Positions 11,581 to 20,601 of a stretch of DNA of 64,000 bases are shown here, one piece after another. Every line of letters starts with the position of its first letter. Position 1 is the stretch's first letter. The notes under the pieces are model-generated. The model saw only the letters and a program-made list of their open reading frames with translations, was not told where the DNA came from and made no database searches. Source of the stretch: Thermoleophilia bacterium (GTDB taxonomy: Bacteria > Actinomycetota > Thermoleophilia > Miltoncostaeales > Miltoncostaeaceae); contig JBFWPT010000003.1 of assembly GCA_050249835.1 (NCBI GenBank), positions 91,878 to 155,877 on the forward strand. Direction: 5' to 3'. Both the position numbers and the translations under genes were made by a program.

Positions 11581-12222
11581 ATAGAGACCGCAGAGAACGG
11601 GGCGACTCCACCCAAGCGCAAGCGCGGCCGTCCGCGCGACCCGGGCGCCGACCGCCGCATCCTGAACGCCGCGCGCGCCGTCGCGGCCGACGTGGGCATC
11701 GCGGGGTCCTCGATGTCCGCCATCGCCGACCGCTCCGGCGTCGGCAAGCCGACCATCTACCTGCGCTGGGCGAACCGGCGCGAGCTGATGATCGCCGCCG
11801 TCGCGGACCTCCGGGCCGCGGTGGTCACGGAGCACACCGGCGACGTGCGCGCCGACCTCCTCCGCAGCCTCCTCGACGACCGGGGGATGCTGGTCACCGG
11901 GCCGGAGGCGCGCTTCCTGCGCTCCGTCCTGTTCGAGACCGAGTCCGACGCCGACCTCGCCCAGGAGTTCGAGACGAGCATCCTCGGCCCGCGCCGCGAG
12001 CGGCTGGTGGCGATCCTCGGACGGGGTGTCCGCGAGGGGCAGGTGCGCGCCGACGTCGAGCCCGAGGGCCTCGCCGACGTGCTCTCCGGGCCGCTGCTGC
12101 GGGCGATGGTGGTCGGTGGCCCGTCCGCGGTGGACGACGCCTCCCTCGCCGCCCAGGTGGACGTGATCGTCGACGGCATCGGGAGCGAGGACGTCCGCTC
12201 CGCGGAGGCCCGCCGCCCCTGA
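11581..12222 (+). CDS. TetR family transcriptional regulator (start codon uncertain)
   Basis: HTH RILNAARAVAADVGIAGSSMSAIADRSGVGKPTIYLRWANRREL; no in-frame ATG/GTG/TTG between 11494 and the HTH; AAGGAG 6 nt before in-frame ATA 11581, CTG at 11548. Confidence 0.8.
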   Translation: METAENGATPPKRKRGRPRDPGADRRILNAARAVAADVGIAGSSMSAIADRSGVGKPTIYLRWANRRELMIAAVADLRAAVVTEHTGDVRADLLRSLLDDRGMLVTGPEARFLRSVLFETESDADLAQEFETSILGPRRERLVAILGRGVREGQVRADVEPEGLADVLSGPLLRAMVVGGPSAVDDASLAAQVDVIVDGIGSEDVRSAEARRP

Positions 12223-12305
12223 CGGGCCGGCCCGGCGCCGCCGGGCCCGCATCGTCCGCACCGCCGCCGGAGCGCTCCGGCGGCGTCGCCATGCCCGGGT
12301 GCCAC

Positions 12306-12333
12306 TTGACTACATATGTATTTGACCTATAGT
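12306..12333 (+). promoter_or_regulatory. sigma-70-type promoter of padR operon (TTGACT-16 nt-TATAGT) with ACATATGT palindrome
   Basis: TTGACT 12306-12311, TATAGT 12328-12333, ATG 12340 starts 7 nt after the -10 hexamer; locally AT-rich in a >70% GC context. Confidence 0.65.
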
Positions 12334-12339
12334 GACCGC

Positions 12340-12789
12340 ATGATGATGAGACCACCACACGGACCACCACGGGGCCCCGGGGGACGCCGCCCGCCGCACG
12401 GCAGGCGCTCCGTCCGCACCCGCACCCCCGTCGGGCCCGGGGAGTGGGAGGTCCACGCCCGCGTCGAGCGCTTCGTCGAGCCCGTCCTGCTGCTGCTCCT
12501 GTCGGAGCGGCCGATGCACGGCTACGAGCTGCTGGAGCGGGTGCCCGAGCTCTCGGGCGACGACCGCCGGGTCGACCTCGGCAACCTCTACCGCCTCCTC
12601 CGCTCCCTGGAGGAGGAGGGCATCGTCACCTCCGAGTGGGACTCCGGGGTGCCGGGGCCGGCGAAGCGCGTCTACGCGCTGACCGACGCCGGCCGCGGGC
12701 TCCTCGACCGCTGGGCGACGGCGCTCGGGGAGGCCCGGGCCCTCATCACCACGTTCCTCGACCGTCACGGGAAGGGGGTGAGCACATGA
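12340..12789 (+). CDS. PadR family transcriptional regulator
   Basis: VEPVLLLLLSERPMHGYELLERV ... LYRLLRSLEEEGIVTSEW ... KRVYALTDAG, canonical PadR winged helix; start set at ATG 12340 downstream of promoter. Confidence 0.9.
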   Translation: MMMRPPHGPPRGPGGRRPPHGRRSVRTRTPVGPGEWEVHARVERFVEPVLLLLLSERPMHGYELLERVPELSGDDRRVDLGNLYRLLRSLEEEGIVTSEWDSGVPGPAKRVYALTDAGRGLLDRWATALGEARALITTFLDRHGKGVST

Positions 12790-12998
12790 GACGACGACAC
12801 CACGACGGGCCGTACCACGGCCCTCGTCACTGCGGGCCGAAGCGGCGGTTCCCCGGCAACCGGGAGGACATGATCGCCCGGCTCGAGGAGCACCAGCGCG
12901 ACCTGGAGCAGCGCACGGCCGACGTGGCCGACATGATCCGGCGCCTGCGCGAGGAGCCGGCGGCCGCGCCCGGCGCGCCGGAGCCCGCTCCCGCCTGA
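12786..12998 (+). CDS. small His/Arg-rich coiled-coil protein (DUF5320-like, from memory)
   Basis: ATG 12786 overlaps padR TGA (ATGA); MRRRHHDGPYHGPRHCGP then helical IARLEEHQRDLEQRTADVADMIRRLRE; high GC3. Confidence 0.65.
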   Translation: MRRRHHDGPYHGPRHCGPKRRFPGNREDMIARLEEHQRDLEQRTADVADMIRRLREEPAAAPGAPEPAPA

Positions 12999-13039
12999 CC
13001 CGCCCGTCCACGTGCCCCGGGGCGCCCCGGGGCACCGGG

Positions 13040-13714
13040 TCAGGGTGAGGGCGGCGTGCCGAGCGTGTGCTCGAGCGCCTCGGTCAGCAGGCTCACGTGG
13101 GCCCACACCGCGGCGGCCTCCTGCACGCGCAGCTCGTCCGCGTCGGGGGCGGCGCTCATCCGCTCCCCGCCACCCGGCGGCCCGCTCGCCCACGCCGCGC
13201 GCGCCCCGGCCTCGACCTCCCGGCGCCGGGTCTCCTGCGCCCGTGACCACGCCGCCAGGCGCGCCGCGAACGCCGGGGGCGCCTCAGGGTCGGCCAGGTC
13301 CGACGCCGTCGCGAGCGACTCGGCGAACAGGCGGCACCACGCGGAGAGCTCCGCATCGCGCGCGTCGGCCTCCGGATCGCCCGAGGCGCCGCGCCGCTCG
13401 TAGGCGGCCCGCTCCTCCAGCACCAAGGCCTCCAGCCGCTCCCGCCCGGAGCTCACCAGCCGCCCCACCGCATCCCCGGTGCCGGCCGCGGCAGGCGCCT
13501 CGGCCTCCACGGCGCGGGCGAGGAACCGCAACCACGCCGTGGCGCTGGCCGACCGCGCCCGCGCGACGCGCGCCGCCCGGTCCGGCAGGGTGCCGCCCTC
13601 GGCGAGGATGAACTCCTCGTGGATGGCCCGCGAGCCCTGCTGCGCCATCAGCTCGTCCAGGACCGGCCGGTTGGCCGCCATCCAGGCCGTCAGCCGGTCC
13701 GCGAGGCCGGTCAC
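13040..13714 (-). CDS. hypothetical protein (224 aa)
   Basis: GTG 13714 overlaps TGA of upstream SDR gene (GTGA); helical Ala/Glu/Arg-rich; only the last 224 codons of track ORF 13040..14404 look coding. Confidence 0.6.
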   Translation of the reverse strand: MTGLADRLTAWMAANRPVLDELMAQQGSRAIHEEFILAEGGTLPDRAARVARARSASATAWLRFLARAVEAEAPAAAGTGDAVGRLVSSGRERLEALVLEERAAYERRGASGDPEADARDAELSAWCRLFAESLATASDLADPEAPPAFAARLAAWSRAQETRRREVEAGARAAWASGPPGGGERMSAAPDADELRVQEAAAVWAHVSLLTEALEHTLGTPPSP

Positions 13715-15168
13715 GCGGCCCGCGCGATGCCGCGCACCATGCCGCGGAAGACGTAGCCGTGCAGCGGCCAGACCGCATACCAGTAGAGCCGCCCGGCCAC
13801 GCCCATGGGGTCGAAGATCGCCGTCTGGCGGATGAGGGACCCGCCGGGGACCTCCTCCACCTCGAACTGCAGCCACGCCCGCCCGGGCACCCGCATCTCC
13901 GCGGCCAGGCGCAGCAGGCGGCCGCGCTCCAGGGCCTCGACGCGCCAGAAGTCCACCGTGTCGCCGGGGCGCAGGCGGTCGGGGTCGCGCCGCCCGCGCC
14001 GCGAGCCGGCGCCGCCGATCGGCAGGTCCAGGAACCCCCGCAGCCGCCAGAGGGCGTCGCCGTGGTACCAGCCGCGCCGCCCGCCGATCCCCTCGATCGG
14101 GACGAAGGCCCGTTCCGGCGGCACCGCGACGCGGGCCGTCCGCGAGTCGACCAGCCGGGAGCCCACCGCCGCGCCGCCGAAGGCCCGCGGCGAGGGCCCC
14201 GACGACAGCGCGTCGGACCACCGGGTGGCGGCGAAGGCGCGGTCCTCGTTCACCAGGGCGCGGGCGACGGCCTCGCGCACGCCGCGGGGGCGCACGCGGA
14301 AGCGGCGGGCGGGCGCCGGGTCGGTGACGACGGTGGGGTTTCGGAGCCCCTCCACCAGCTCCCGTCCCACGCGGGCGTACACCGGGGTCACCAGCCCGAG
14401 CCACAACGCCGAGATGCGGGGGGAGAGGACCGGGACCGGGATCATCAGGCGCCGCAGGCCTCGCCGCCGCGCGTACTCCTGCATGAGCTCGCGGTACGAC
14501 ACGACGTCGGGGCCCCCGATCTCGACGACCCCGCCCGCCGGCAGCTCCACCTCGGCGGCCTCGACGAGGTACGCGATCACGTCCTCGATCGCGATCGGCT
14601 GGGTCGGCGTCGCCACCCAGCTCGGGGTGATCATCACCGGAAGACGGTCGACGAGGGCGCGGATCATCTCGAAGGACGTGCTGCCGGACCCCACGACGAT
14701 CGAGGCCCGCAGCTCCACGACCGGGACCCCGGACGCGGCGAGCACGCGGCCCACCTCCTGGCGGCTCTCCAGGTGGTCGGAGAGGCCGGGCCCCCGTCCC
14801 AGCCCGCCCAGGTACACGATGCGGCGCACCCCCGCCGCGGCGGCGGCCTCCCCGAAGGCGGCGGCCCCCTCGCGGTCGGCGCGCCGGTAGTCCGCCCGGC
14901 CCGCCATGGAGTGGACGAGGTAGTAGGCGACGTCCACGTCGCGCAGTGCCGCGGAGAGCGAGTCGCGGTCGGTGACGTCGCCGGCGACCACCTCGGTCCC
15001 GGCCGCGGTCCGCGCCGCGAGCTCGTCCGGGCGCCGGGTCATGCAGCGCAGCCGCCGCCCCGTGCGCTCGAGGCGGGTCAGGAGGCGCCCGCCGACGTAG
15101 CCCGTGGCGCCCGTGAGGAGGATCCGCGGGCCTCGCGCGCGGCGGGGCGGGTCGTCGACGTCACCCAT
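13711..15168 (-). CDS. NAD(P)-binding SDR/epimerase fused to DUF2867-like domain
   Basis: ILLTGATGYVGGRLL Rossmann motif, N-terminal NmrA/epimerase-like half, C-terminal half with WRVEALERGRLLRLAAEMRVPGRAWLQFEV typical of DUF2867. Confidence 0.9.
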   Translation of the reverse strand: MGDVDDPPRRARGPRILLTGATGYVGGRLLTRLERTGRRLRCMTRRPDELAARTAAGTEVVAGDVTDRDSLSAALRDVDVAYYLVHSMAGRADYRRADREGAAAFGEAAAAAGVRRIVYLGGLGRGPGLSDHLESRQEVGRVLAASGVPVVELRASIVVGSGSTSFEMIRALVDRLPVMITPSWVATPTQPIAIEDVIAYLVEAAEVELPAGGVVEIGGPDVVSYRELMQEYARRRGLRRLMIPVPVLSPRISALWLGLVTPVYARVGRELVEGLRNPTVVTDPAPARRFRVRPRGVREAVARALVNEDRAFAATRWSDALSSGPSPRAFGGAAVGSRLVDSRTARVAVPPERAFVPIEGIGGRRGWYHGDALWRLRGFLDLPIGGAGSRRGRRDPDRLRPGDTVDFWRVEALERGRLLRLAAEMRVPGRAWLQFEVEEVPGGSLIRQTAIFDPMGVAGRLYWYAVWPLHGYVFRGMVRGIARAA

Positions 15169-15224
15169 CCCGGCCAGGGTAACCTCGTCCGCGCCGGGCA
15201 GGCCGGGGATCGGGAGGTGGAGCG

Positions 15225-15665
15225 ATGGGGGTGACGGTGGACGCGGGCACGGCGCTCCGCGGGGCGGCCGCGGGGGCGGTCGCCGCCGCCGCGTGGGCGT
15301 CGGTCGAGCCCGCCGCCGCGCGGGCGCTCGGCACGGACTACACGGACGTGCGCCTGCTGGGCCGGCTCGTCACCGAGCGCGGCTGGGCCCCCGCCGGGCT
15401 CGCGCTGCACGTGGCGAACGGCGCCGCGTTCGGCGCCGCGTTCGCCGTCGCCGGCGGGCGGGGGCCGCGAGCCGGCGCGGCGTGGGCGCTGGCCGAGTCG
15501 GCGGCCGCGTGGCCGGCGATGGCCCTGATGGACCGTGTCCACCCGGACCGGCGCTCGGGCCGGTGGCCGCGGCTCCTCACGAGCCCGCGCGTCTTCCTCC
15601 AGGAGACGCTCATGCACGGGCTCTTCGGGGTGGTGCTCGGCCTGCTCGTCCCGCGGCGCCGCTGA
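15225..15665 (+). CDS. hypothetical membrane protein
   Basis: ATG after GGGAGG; Ala/Gly-rich hydrophobic segments; 146 aa. Confidence 0.6.
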   Translation: MGVTVDAGTALRGAAAGAVAAAAWASVEPAAARALGTDYTDVRLLGRLVTERGWAPAGLALHVANGAAFGAAFAVAGGRGPRAGAAWALAESAAAWPAMALMDRVHPDRRSGRWPRLLTSPRVFLQETLMHGLFGVVLGLLVPRRR

Positions 15666-15686
15666 GGCCGGGCGCCGGCCCCTGGG

Positions 15687-16460
15687 TCACCACCGGGCGG
15701 GGACCCGGGCGACGGTGACCGGGGGGGCCGCGGGGCTGCCGGGCGTCTTGACCTTCCCCAGGCGCACCTTCTTCGCCGCCCGGCGGTCGGGCACCAGGTC
15801 GAGCAGGTGCTGCATCAGGTTGAGGCGCGCCCGCTTCTGGTCGTCGGCGTCCACGACGTACCAGGGGCACGCCGCGCTGTCGCTGCGGCGCAGCATCTCG
15901 TCGCGGGCCGCCGTGTAGTCGTCGTACCGGTTGCGGGCCTCGGCGTCGACCGGGCTCAGCTTCCAGCGCTTGGCGGGGTCCGTGGCCCGTTCCTGGAACC
16001 GCTTCTCCTGCTGGTCCGGGCTCACCTCCAGCCAGTACTTGACCAGGATGAGGCCGTCCTCGACGAGCATCCGCTCGAAGTCCGGGACCGCGCGCAGGAA
16101 GCTCTCGGCCTGCTCCTCGGTGCAGTAGCCCATCACCCGCTCGACGCCCGCGCGGTTGTACCAGGAGCGGTCGAACAGGGAGATGCCGCCGCGCGTCGGC
16201 AGGCGGTCGACGTAGCGCTGGAAGTACCACTGGCCCTGCTCGGTCTCGGTCGGCACGCCGAGGGCGACCACGTCGTAGTGGCGCGGGTTGAGGTGGGCCG
16301 TGATGCGGGAGATCGTGCCGCCCTTGCCCGCGGTGTCCCGCCCCTCGAACAGGATCGCCAGGCGCAGCCCCTCCTGGCGGATCGCCTCCTGCATGTCCAC
16401 GAGCTCGAGCTGCATCCGCTCCAGCTCGGCCTCGTAGACGTCCTTGTCGATCCTGGCCAC
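15687..16460 (-). CDS. ppk2: polyphosphate kinase 2
   Basis: LAILFEGRDTAGKGGTISRI (Walker A-like), QWYFQRY, FDRSWYNRAGVERVMG, WKLSPVD: PPK2 family signatures. Confidence 0.95.
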   Translation of the reverse strand: MARIDKDVYEAELERMQLELVDMQEAIRQEGLRLAILFEGRDTAGKGGTISRITAHLNPRHYDVVALGVPTETEQGQWYFQRYVDRLPTRGGISLFDRSWYNRAGVERVMGYCTEEQAESFLRAVPDFERMLVEDGLILVKYWLEVSPDQQEKRFQERATDPAKRWKLSPVDAEARNRYDDYTAARDEMLRRSDSAACPWYVVDADDQKRARLNLMQHLLDLVPDRRAAKKVRLGKVKTPGSPAAPPVTVARVPARW

Positions 16461-16548
16461 GCGCGCCCCCCGGTCGGGTCATGTCACACGACGACGATAA
16501 GCGCCGCCGGGGCCAGGAGTCACGCCGCCCGGCGCGAACACAGCGGGG

Positions 16549-17616
16549 GTGACCTCGGACGGACCCTCGACCCGCACGGTGCTGCGCATCGTCCTGGTGC
16601 TCGTCGCGGTGGCGCTGCTCGGGTGGTTCGTGTGGCTCTCGCGGGGCGTGATCGTGTGGGTGGCGATCGGCGCCTTCCTGGCCGTCGCGATCAACCCGGC
16701 CGTGACCGCCCTCCAGACGCGCCTGCGGATGCGGCGCGCCCCGGCGATCGCCGTCGTCTACCTCTGCGTCGTCGGCGTGCTCGCCGGCGCGGTGCTGCTG
16801 TTCGTGCCGCCGCTCATCGACGCCGGGCAGCAGCTCGCTGAGGAGGTCCCGGGCTACGTCGAGCAACTCCGCGACTCGGAGCTCGTGCAGGACCTCGACG
16901 AGGAGTACGACATCCTCGACCGGATCGAGGAGGAGGCGACGTCGGCGCTCGAGGGGATCGCCGGCCCGGACACCGCCGTCGAGCTCGCGACCCGCGTCTT
17001 CAACGGCCTGATCGCGCTCATCTCGATCGTCGTGATCGCGTTCCTGCTGAGCCTCTACGGCCCGAAGGCGCACTCCTGGTTCATGGCCCAGCAGCAGGGC
17101 GAGCGCCGCGAGCGCCTGCAGCGCGTGAGCGACCGCATCTACCGGGTCATCTCGGGCTACGTGGTCGGCATATTCCTCGTCGCGATGACGGGAGGCATCG
17201 CCGTCTGGATCTTCCTGACGATCGTGGACGTGCCGTTCGCCCTGCTCCTGGCGTTCTGGGCGGGCCTCGCGTCGCTCGTGCCACTCGTGGGCGCCACGAT
17301 CGGCGGGGTGCCGTACATCGTGGTCGCGTTCTTCCAGGGCTGGCCGATCGGCGTCGCGGCGATCGTGTTCCTGATCGTCTACCAGCAGATCGAGAACAAC
17401 GTCTTCCAGCCCGTGATCCACCGCTTCACGGTGCAGCTCAACCCGCTCTGGATCATCCTGGCGGTCCTGATCGGCGCGAACGTGCTCGGCCTGGTCGGCG
17501 CGCTCATGGCGATCCCCGCGGCCGGCATCACCCAGGTCGTGGTGCAGGAGTGGTGGGCCGCCCGCCGCGGCACCACGCCCCCGCCGCTCACCCAGGAGCC
17601 CGCGGCCGAACCGTAG
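16549..17616 (+). CDS. AI-2E family transporter (PerM/UPF0118)
   Basis: Multi-TM 355-aa protein; ...LVPLVGATIGGVPYIVVAFFQG... and QQIENNVFQPVI motif typical of AI-2E family. Confidence 0.92.
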   Translation: MTSDGPSTRTVLRIVLVLVAVALLGWFVWLSRGVIVWVAIGAFLAVAINPAVTALQTRLRMRRAPAIAVVYLCVVGVLAGAVLLFVPPLIDAGQQLAEEVPGYVEQLRDSELVQDLDEEYDILDRIEEEATSALEGIAGPDTAVELATRVFNGLIALISIVVIAFLLSLYGPKAHSWFMAQQQGERRERLQRVSDRIYRVISGYVVGIFLVAMTGGIAVWIFLTIVDVPFALLLAFWAGLASLVPLVGATIGGVPYIVVAFFQGWPIGVAAIVFLIVYQQIENNVFQPVIHRFTVQLNPLWIILAVLIGANVLGLVGALMAIPAAGITQVVVQEWWAARRGTTPPPLTQEPAAEP

Positions 17617-17625
17617 GATCGGGCC

Positions 17626-20037
17626 GTGGACCCGCGCAGCGCCGACCTGCTGGAGCTGCCCGCGGTGCGCGAGGCGCTCGCCGGGCTGACCTCCTTCGCC
17701 GGGGGCCGGGACCTGGCGCTGTCGCTGACGCCCTCGCCCGAGCCCCACGAGGTCGCGGCCCGGGCGGCGCTCACCGAGGAGGGGGTGCGGCTGCGGGACC
17801 TGGGCCTCTCCGGCCCCGGCGGCGCCCACGACGTGCGCCCCGCCGTGGCGGAGGCCGCTCGCGACGCGGCCCTCGACGCCCCGGCGCTGCTAGAGGTGCT
17901 CGTCACCATCCGGATCTGGGACGAGCTGCGCGACGGGGTGGCCGAGCACCGGGAGGAGGCTCCGGGCCTCGCCGAGATCGCCGAGCTGCCGGACGCGGCC
18001 GCCGCCCGCCGCATCGCCGGGGCGCTGGAGCGGGCGATCGACCCGCGCGGCGGCCTGCTCGACACGGCCTCGGCCGAGCTGGCCTCGGTGCGGAAGCGCC
18101 TCGCGGGCGCGCGCCGATCCGCGTCCGACCTGCTGCGCGACCTGGCGGTGCGCCTGAGGCCCCACCTGCAGGAGTCGTTCACCACCCTCCGCGGCGGGCG
18201 GCCCGTGCTGGCGGTGAAGGCGTCGGCGCGCTCGGCGGTGCCCGGCATCGTCCACGACTCCTCCGGGTCCGGCGAGACGATCTTCGTGGAGCCCATCGCG
18301 CTGGTGGAGGCGAACAACCTCGTGCGCGAGCTGGTGGCCCGCGAGAACGAGGAGGTGGAGCGCATCCTGCGGATGCTCTCCCGGGCGGTGGGGGAGGAGA
18401 AGGCCGAGCTCGACGAGATCGTGGGCGCCCTCGCCCGGATCGACCTCTGCATCGCGGCGGCCGCGTTATCGCAGAGGTGGAACGCCTGCCCCGTGGAGCC
18501 CGCCGGCGAGGTGGACCTGCGCGCCGCGCGCCACCCGCTGCTCGACCCGCGCACCGCGGTGCCGATCGACCTGCCCCTGGGCGGCGTGCGCGCGCTCGTC
18601 GTGTCGGGCCCCAACACCGGCGGCAAGACCGTCGCCCTCAAGACGCTCGGCCTGCTCGCGATGCTGCACCAGTGCGGCCTGCGGGTGCCGGCCGGGAGCG
18701 CCCGCCTGCCGGTCTTCGACCGGGTGCTGGCGGACATCGGCGACGACCAGTCCATCGCCGAGAGCCTGTCGACCTTCTCCGCCCACGTGCGCCGGCTCAT
18801 CGCCATCATGGAGGCGGCCGGTCCCCGGTCCCTGGTGCTGCTGGACGAGCCCGCCGCCGGCACCGACCCCGACGAGGGCGCGCGCCTCGCCCAGGCGGTC
18901 GTGGCGCGGCTGGTGGAGCAGGGGGCCCTCGTGCTCGCGACCACCCACCACGGCGAGATGAAGGCCTGGGCGAGCGACGCCGAGGGCGCGGCGAACGCCT
19001 CGGTGGGCGTCGACATGCGCACGCTGCGTCCGCTCTACACGCTCAACATCGGCGAGCCGGGGGCCTCCCACGCGCTGGGCATCGCGGAGGGGCTCGGCCT
19101 GGATCCCGCCGTGGTGGAGGCCGCCCGCCGGGCGGGGCCGCCGGAGCGGCGGGCCCTGGAGGCGCTGCTGGCGGAGGCCGGGGCGGCCCGGGCGGCGGCC
19201 GACGAGGAGCTGGAGGCGGCCCGGGCCGCCCGCGAGGCGGCCGAGGAGGCGGGCCGGGCGGCGCGTGGCCGCGAGGCCGAGCTGGCCCGGCAGGTAGAGC
19301 GGGTGCGCGAGGGCGCGGCGAAGGAGCGGGAGGCGGCGCGCGAGCGGGCCGAGGCCGAGCTCGCCGGCCTGGGGCGCGAGCTGACCGCGCTGCGCCGGGC
19401 GATCGCGGATGCGCGCCGGTCGGAGGCGTCGCGGGCGGCGGAGGCCGCGGCGCCCGCCTCGGAGGCGGCGCGCGATCGCGACCGCGGGCTCGACCGGGCG
19501 TCCCGTGCCGCCGCCCGGGCGTGGGAGGGCCTGGCCCGGGCCGCGCAGCCGGACCCCTCGGAGGCCGTGGAGCAGCGGCCGGTGGTGGTGGGCGACCACG
19601 TCCACGACCCGCTCATGGGCTTCCGCGGCCGGGTGCTGGCGATCGACGGCGGCCGCGCGGAGGTGCAGGGGGGTGCCGCGCGCATGCGCATTCCGCTGGA
19701 GCGCCTGGTGCTGGACCGCGCCGCCGCCCGGCGGGCGGAGATGGAGGAGCCGCCGCCCCCGGTCGCCGTGGTGTCGGCGCCGTCGGCGACCCTGGAGGTG
19801 GACGTCCGCGGCCGCCGGGCCGAGGAGGCGCGCGGCGAGGTTCGCGAGCGGATGGATGCGGCCGCGATGGCCGGCCTGCCGCAGGTGCGCGTGATCCACG
19901 GGCACGGCACCGGGGCCCTCCGCACCGTGGTGCGGGAGGAGCTCCGGCGCCATCCCCTGGTGATGCGTGCCGAGGCCGCCCCACCCGACCAGGGCGGGGA
20001 CGGGGCGACGATCGCCTACCTCTCCGACGACGACTAG
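17626..20037 (+). CDS. mutS2: endonuclease MutS2 (MutS ATPase + Smr domain)
   Basis: Walker A VVSGPNTGGKTVALKTLGL, LVLLDEPAAGTDP, long coiled coil, C-terminal Smr LEVDVRGRRAEEA ... VRVIHGHGTGALR. Confidence 0.95.
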   Translation: MDPRSADLLELPAVREALAGLTSFAGGRDLALSLTPSPEPHEVAARAALTEEGVRLRDLGLSGPGGAHDVRPAVAEAARDAALDAPALLEVLVTIRIWDELRDGVAEHREEAPGLAEIAELPDAAAARRIAGALERAIDPRGGLLDTASAELASVRKRLAGARRSASDLLRDLAVRLRPHLQESFTTLRGGRPVLAVKASARSAVPGIVHDSSGSGETIFVEPIALVEANNLVRELVARENEEVERILRMLSRAVGEEKAELDEIVGALARIDLCIAAAALSQRWNACPVEPAGEVDLRAARHPLLDPRTAVPIDLPLGGVRALVVSGPNTGGKTVALKTLGLLAMLHQCGLRVPAGSARLPVFDRVLADIGDDQSIAESLSTFSAHVRRLIAIMEAAGPRSLVLLDEPAAGTDPDEGARLAQAVVARLVEQGALVLATTHHGEMKAWASDAEGAANASVGVDMRTLRPLYTLNIGEPGASHALGIAEGLGLDPAVVEAARRAGPPERRALEALLAEAGAARAAADEELEAARAAREAAEEAGRAARGREAELARQVERVREGAAKEREAARERAEAELAGLGRELTALRRAIADARRSEASRAAEAAAPASEAARDRDRGLDRASRAAARAWEGLARAAQPDPSEAVEQRPVVVGDHVHDPLMGFRGRVLAIDGGRAEVQGGAARMRIPLERLVLDRAAARRAEMEEPPPPVAVVSAPSATLEVDVRGRRAEEARGEVRERMDAAAMAGLPQVRVIHGHGTGALRTVVREELRRHPLVMRAEAAPPDQGGDGATIAYLSDDD

Positions 20038-20052
20038 CGCCGCCGGGGGCTG

Positions 20053-20412
20053 CTACGGCTGGGGCAGCTCCGAGAGGCCCTTCAGCACGCCGACCGTGGG
20101 GGCCATGGTGCGGAAGGCCTCGTCCTTCTGGAGGACGCCGACGACGTACACGGGCGTCTCCTGCATACGGGCGAGCATCGAGGCCGCGTCACGCGAGCGG
20201 GGCGTGGCCTTGTAGGTGGAGACCAGGATGGCGTCGTACGAGCCGCCCTTGGCCGCCTCGAGCGGCTTGGGCCAGGTCGGGTCGACGACCTCGACCTCCC
20301 AGCCGGACTCGGTGAGCTTGGAGACCGCGCCCTCGGAGCCTGGGAAGCGGACCTTCCCCTCCTTGTTGAGGACCTGGTCGGTGGGAACGGTTGCGAAGAG
20401 AAGTTTTGGCAT
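20053..20412 (-). CDS. hypothetical protein (119 aa), lower-GC
   Basis: MPKLLFATVP... ; only the last 119 codons of track ORF 20053..21618 are protein-like; alternating beta-alpha pattern (KLLFATV, YDAILVSTY, PVYVVGV); TAGGCT 8 nt upstream of ATG. Confidence 0.7.
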   Translation of the reverse strand: MPKLLFATVPTDQVLNKEGKVRFPGSEGAVSKLTESGWEVEVVDPTWPKPLEAAKGGSYDAILVSTYKATPRSRDAASMLARMQETPVYVVGVLQKDEAFRTMAPTVGVLKGLSELPQP

Positions 20413-20601
20413 GGCGCGGGAGCCTACCGAAGGACCGCCCGCTCCGCCGGGATGGCACTTCTCACAGGGTGGGACAGGTGTCGGAACATGAGATCGCAAC
20501 GGTCGCCACGAACCGCCGACGGCCTGTAGATTGCCGACGCGGCGGGTCCCGTGTGCAACCCGCCCGAAGTCACACGACCACGTTCGACCCCAGGGGGGCC
20601 A

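Noticed and set aside
9305-11611. 768-aa minus-strand ORF spanning four plus-strand genes
   Set aside because: The sequence is almost pure R/P/A/G/S. The opposite strand encodes recognisable crotonase, PhoU and GDPD proteins.
15610-17829. 739-aa minus-strand ORF
   Set aside because: Shadow of the ppk2 and AI-2E transporter region. The real ppk2 is a different frame (15687..16460).
17550-20315. 921-aa plus-strand ORF overlapping mutS2
   Set aside because: Out-of-frame Arg/Gly-rich translation. The mutS2 frame (17626..20037) carries Walker A and Smr motifs.
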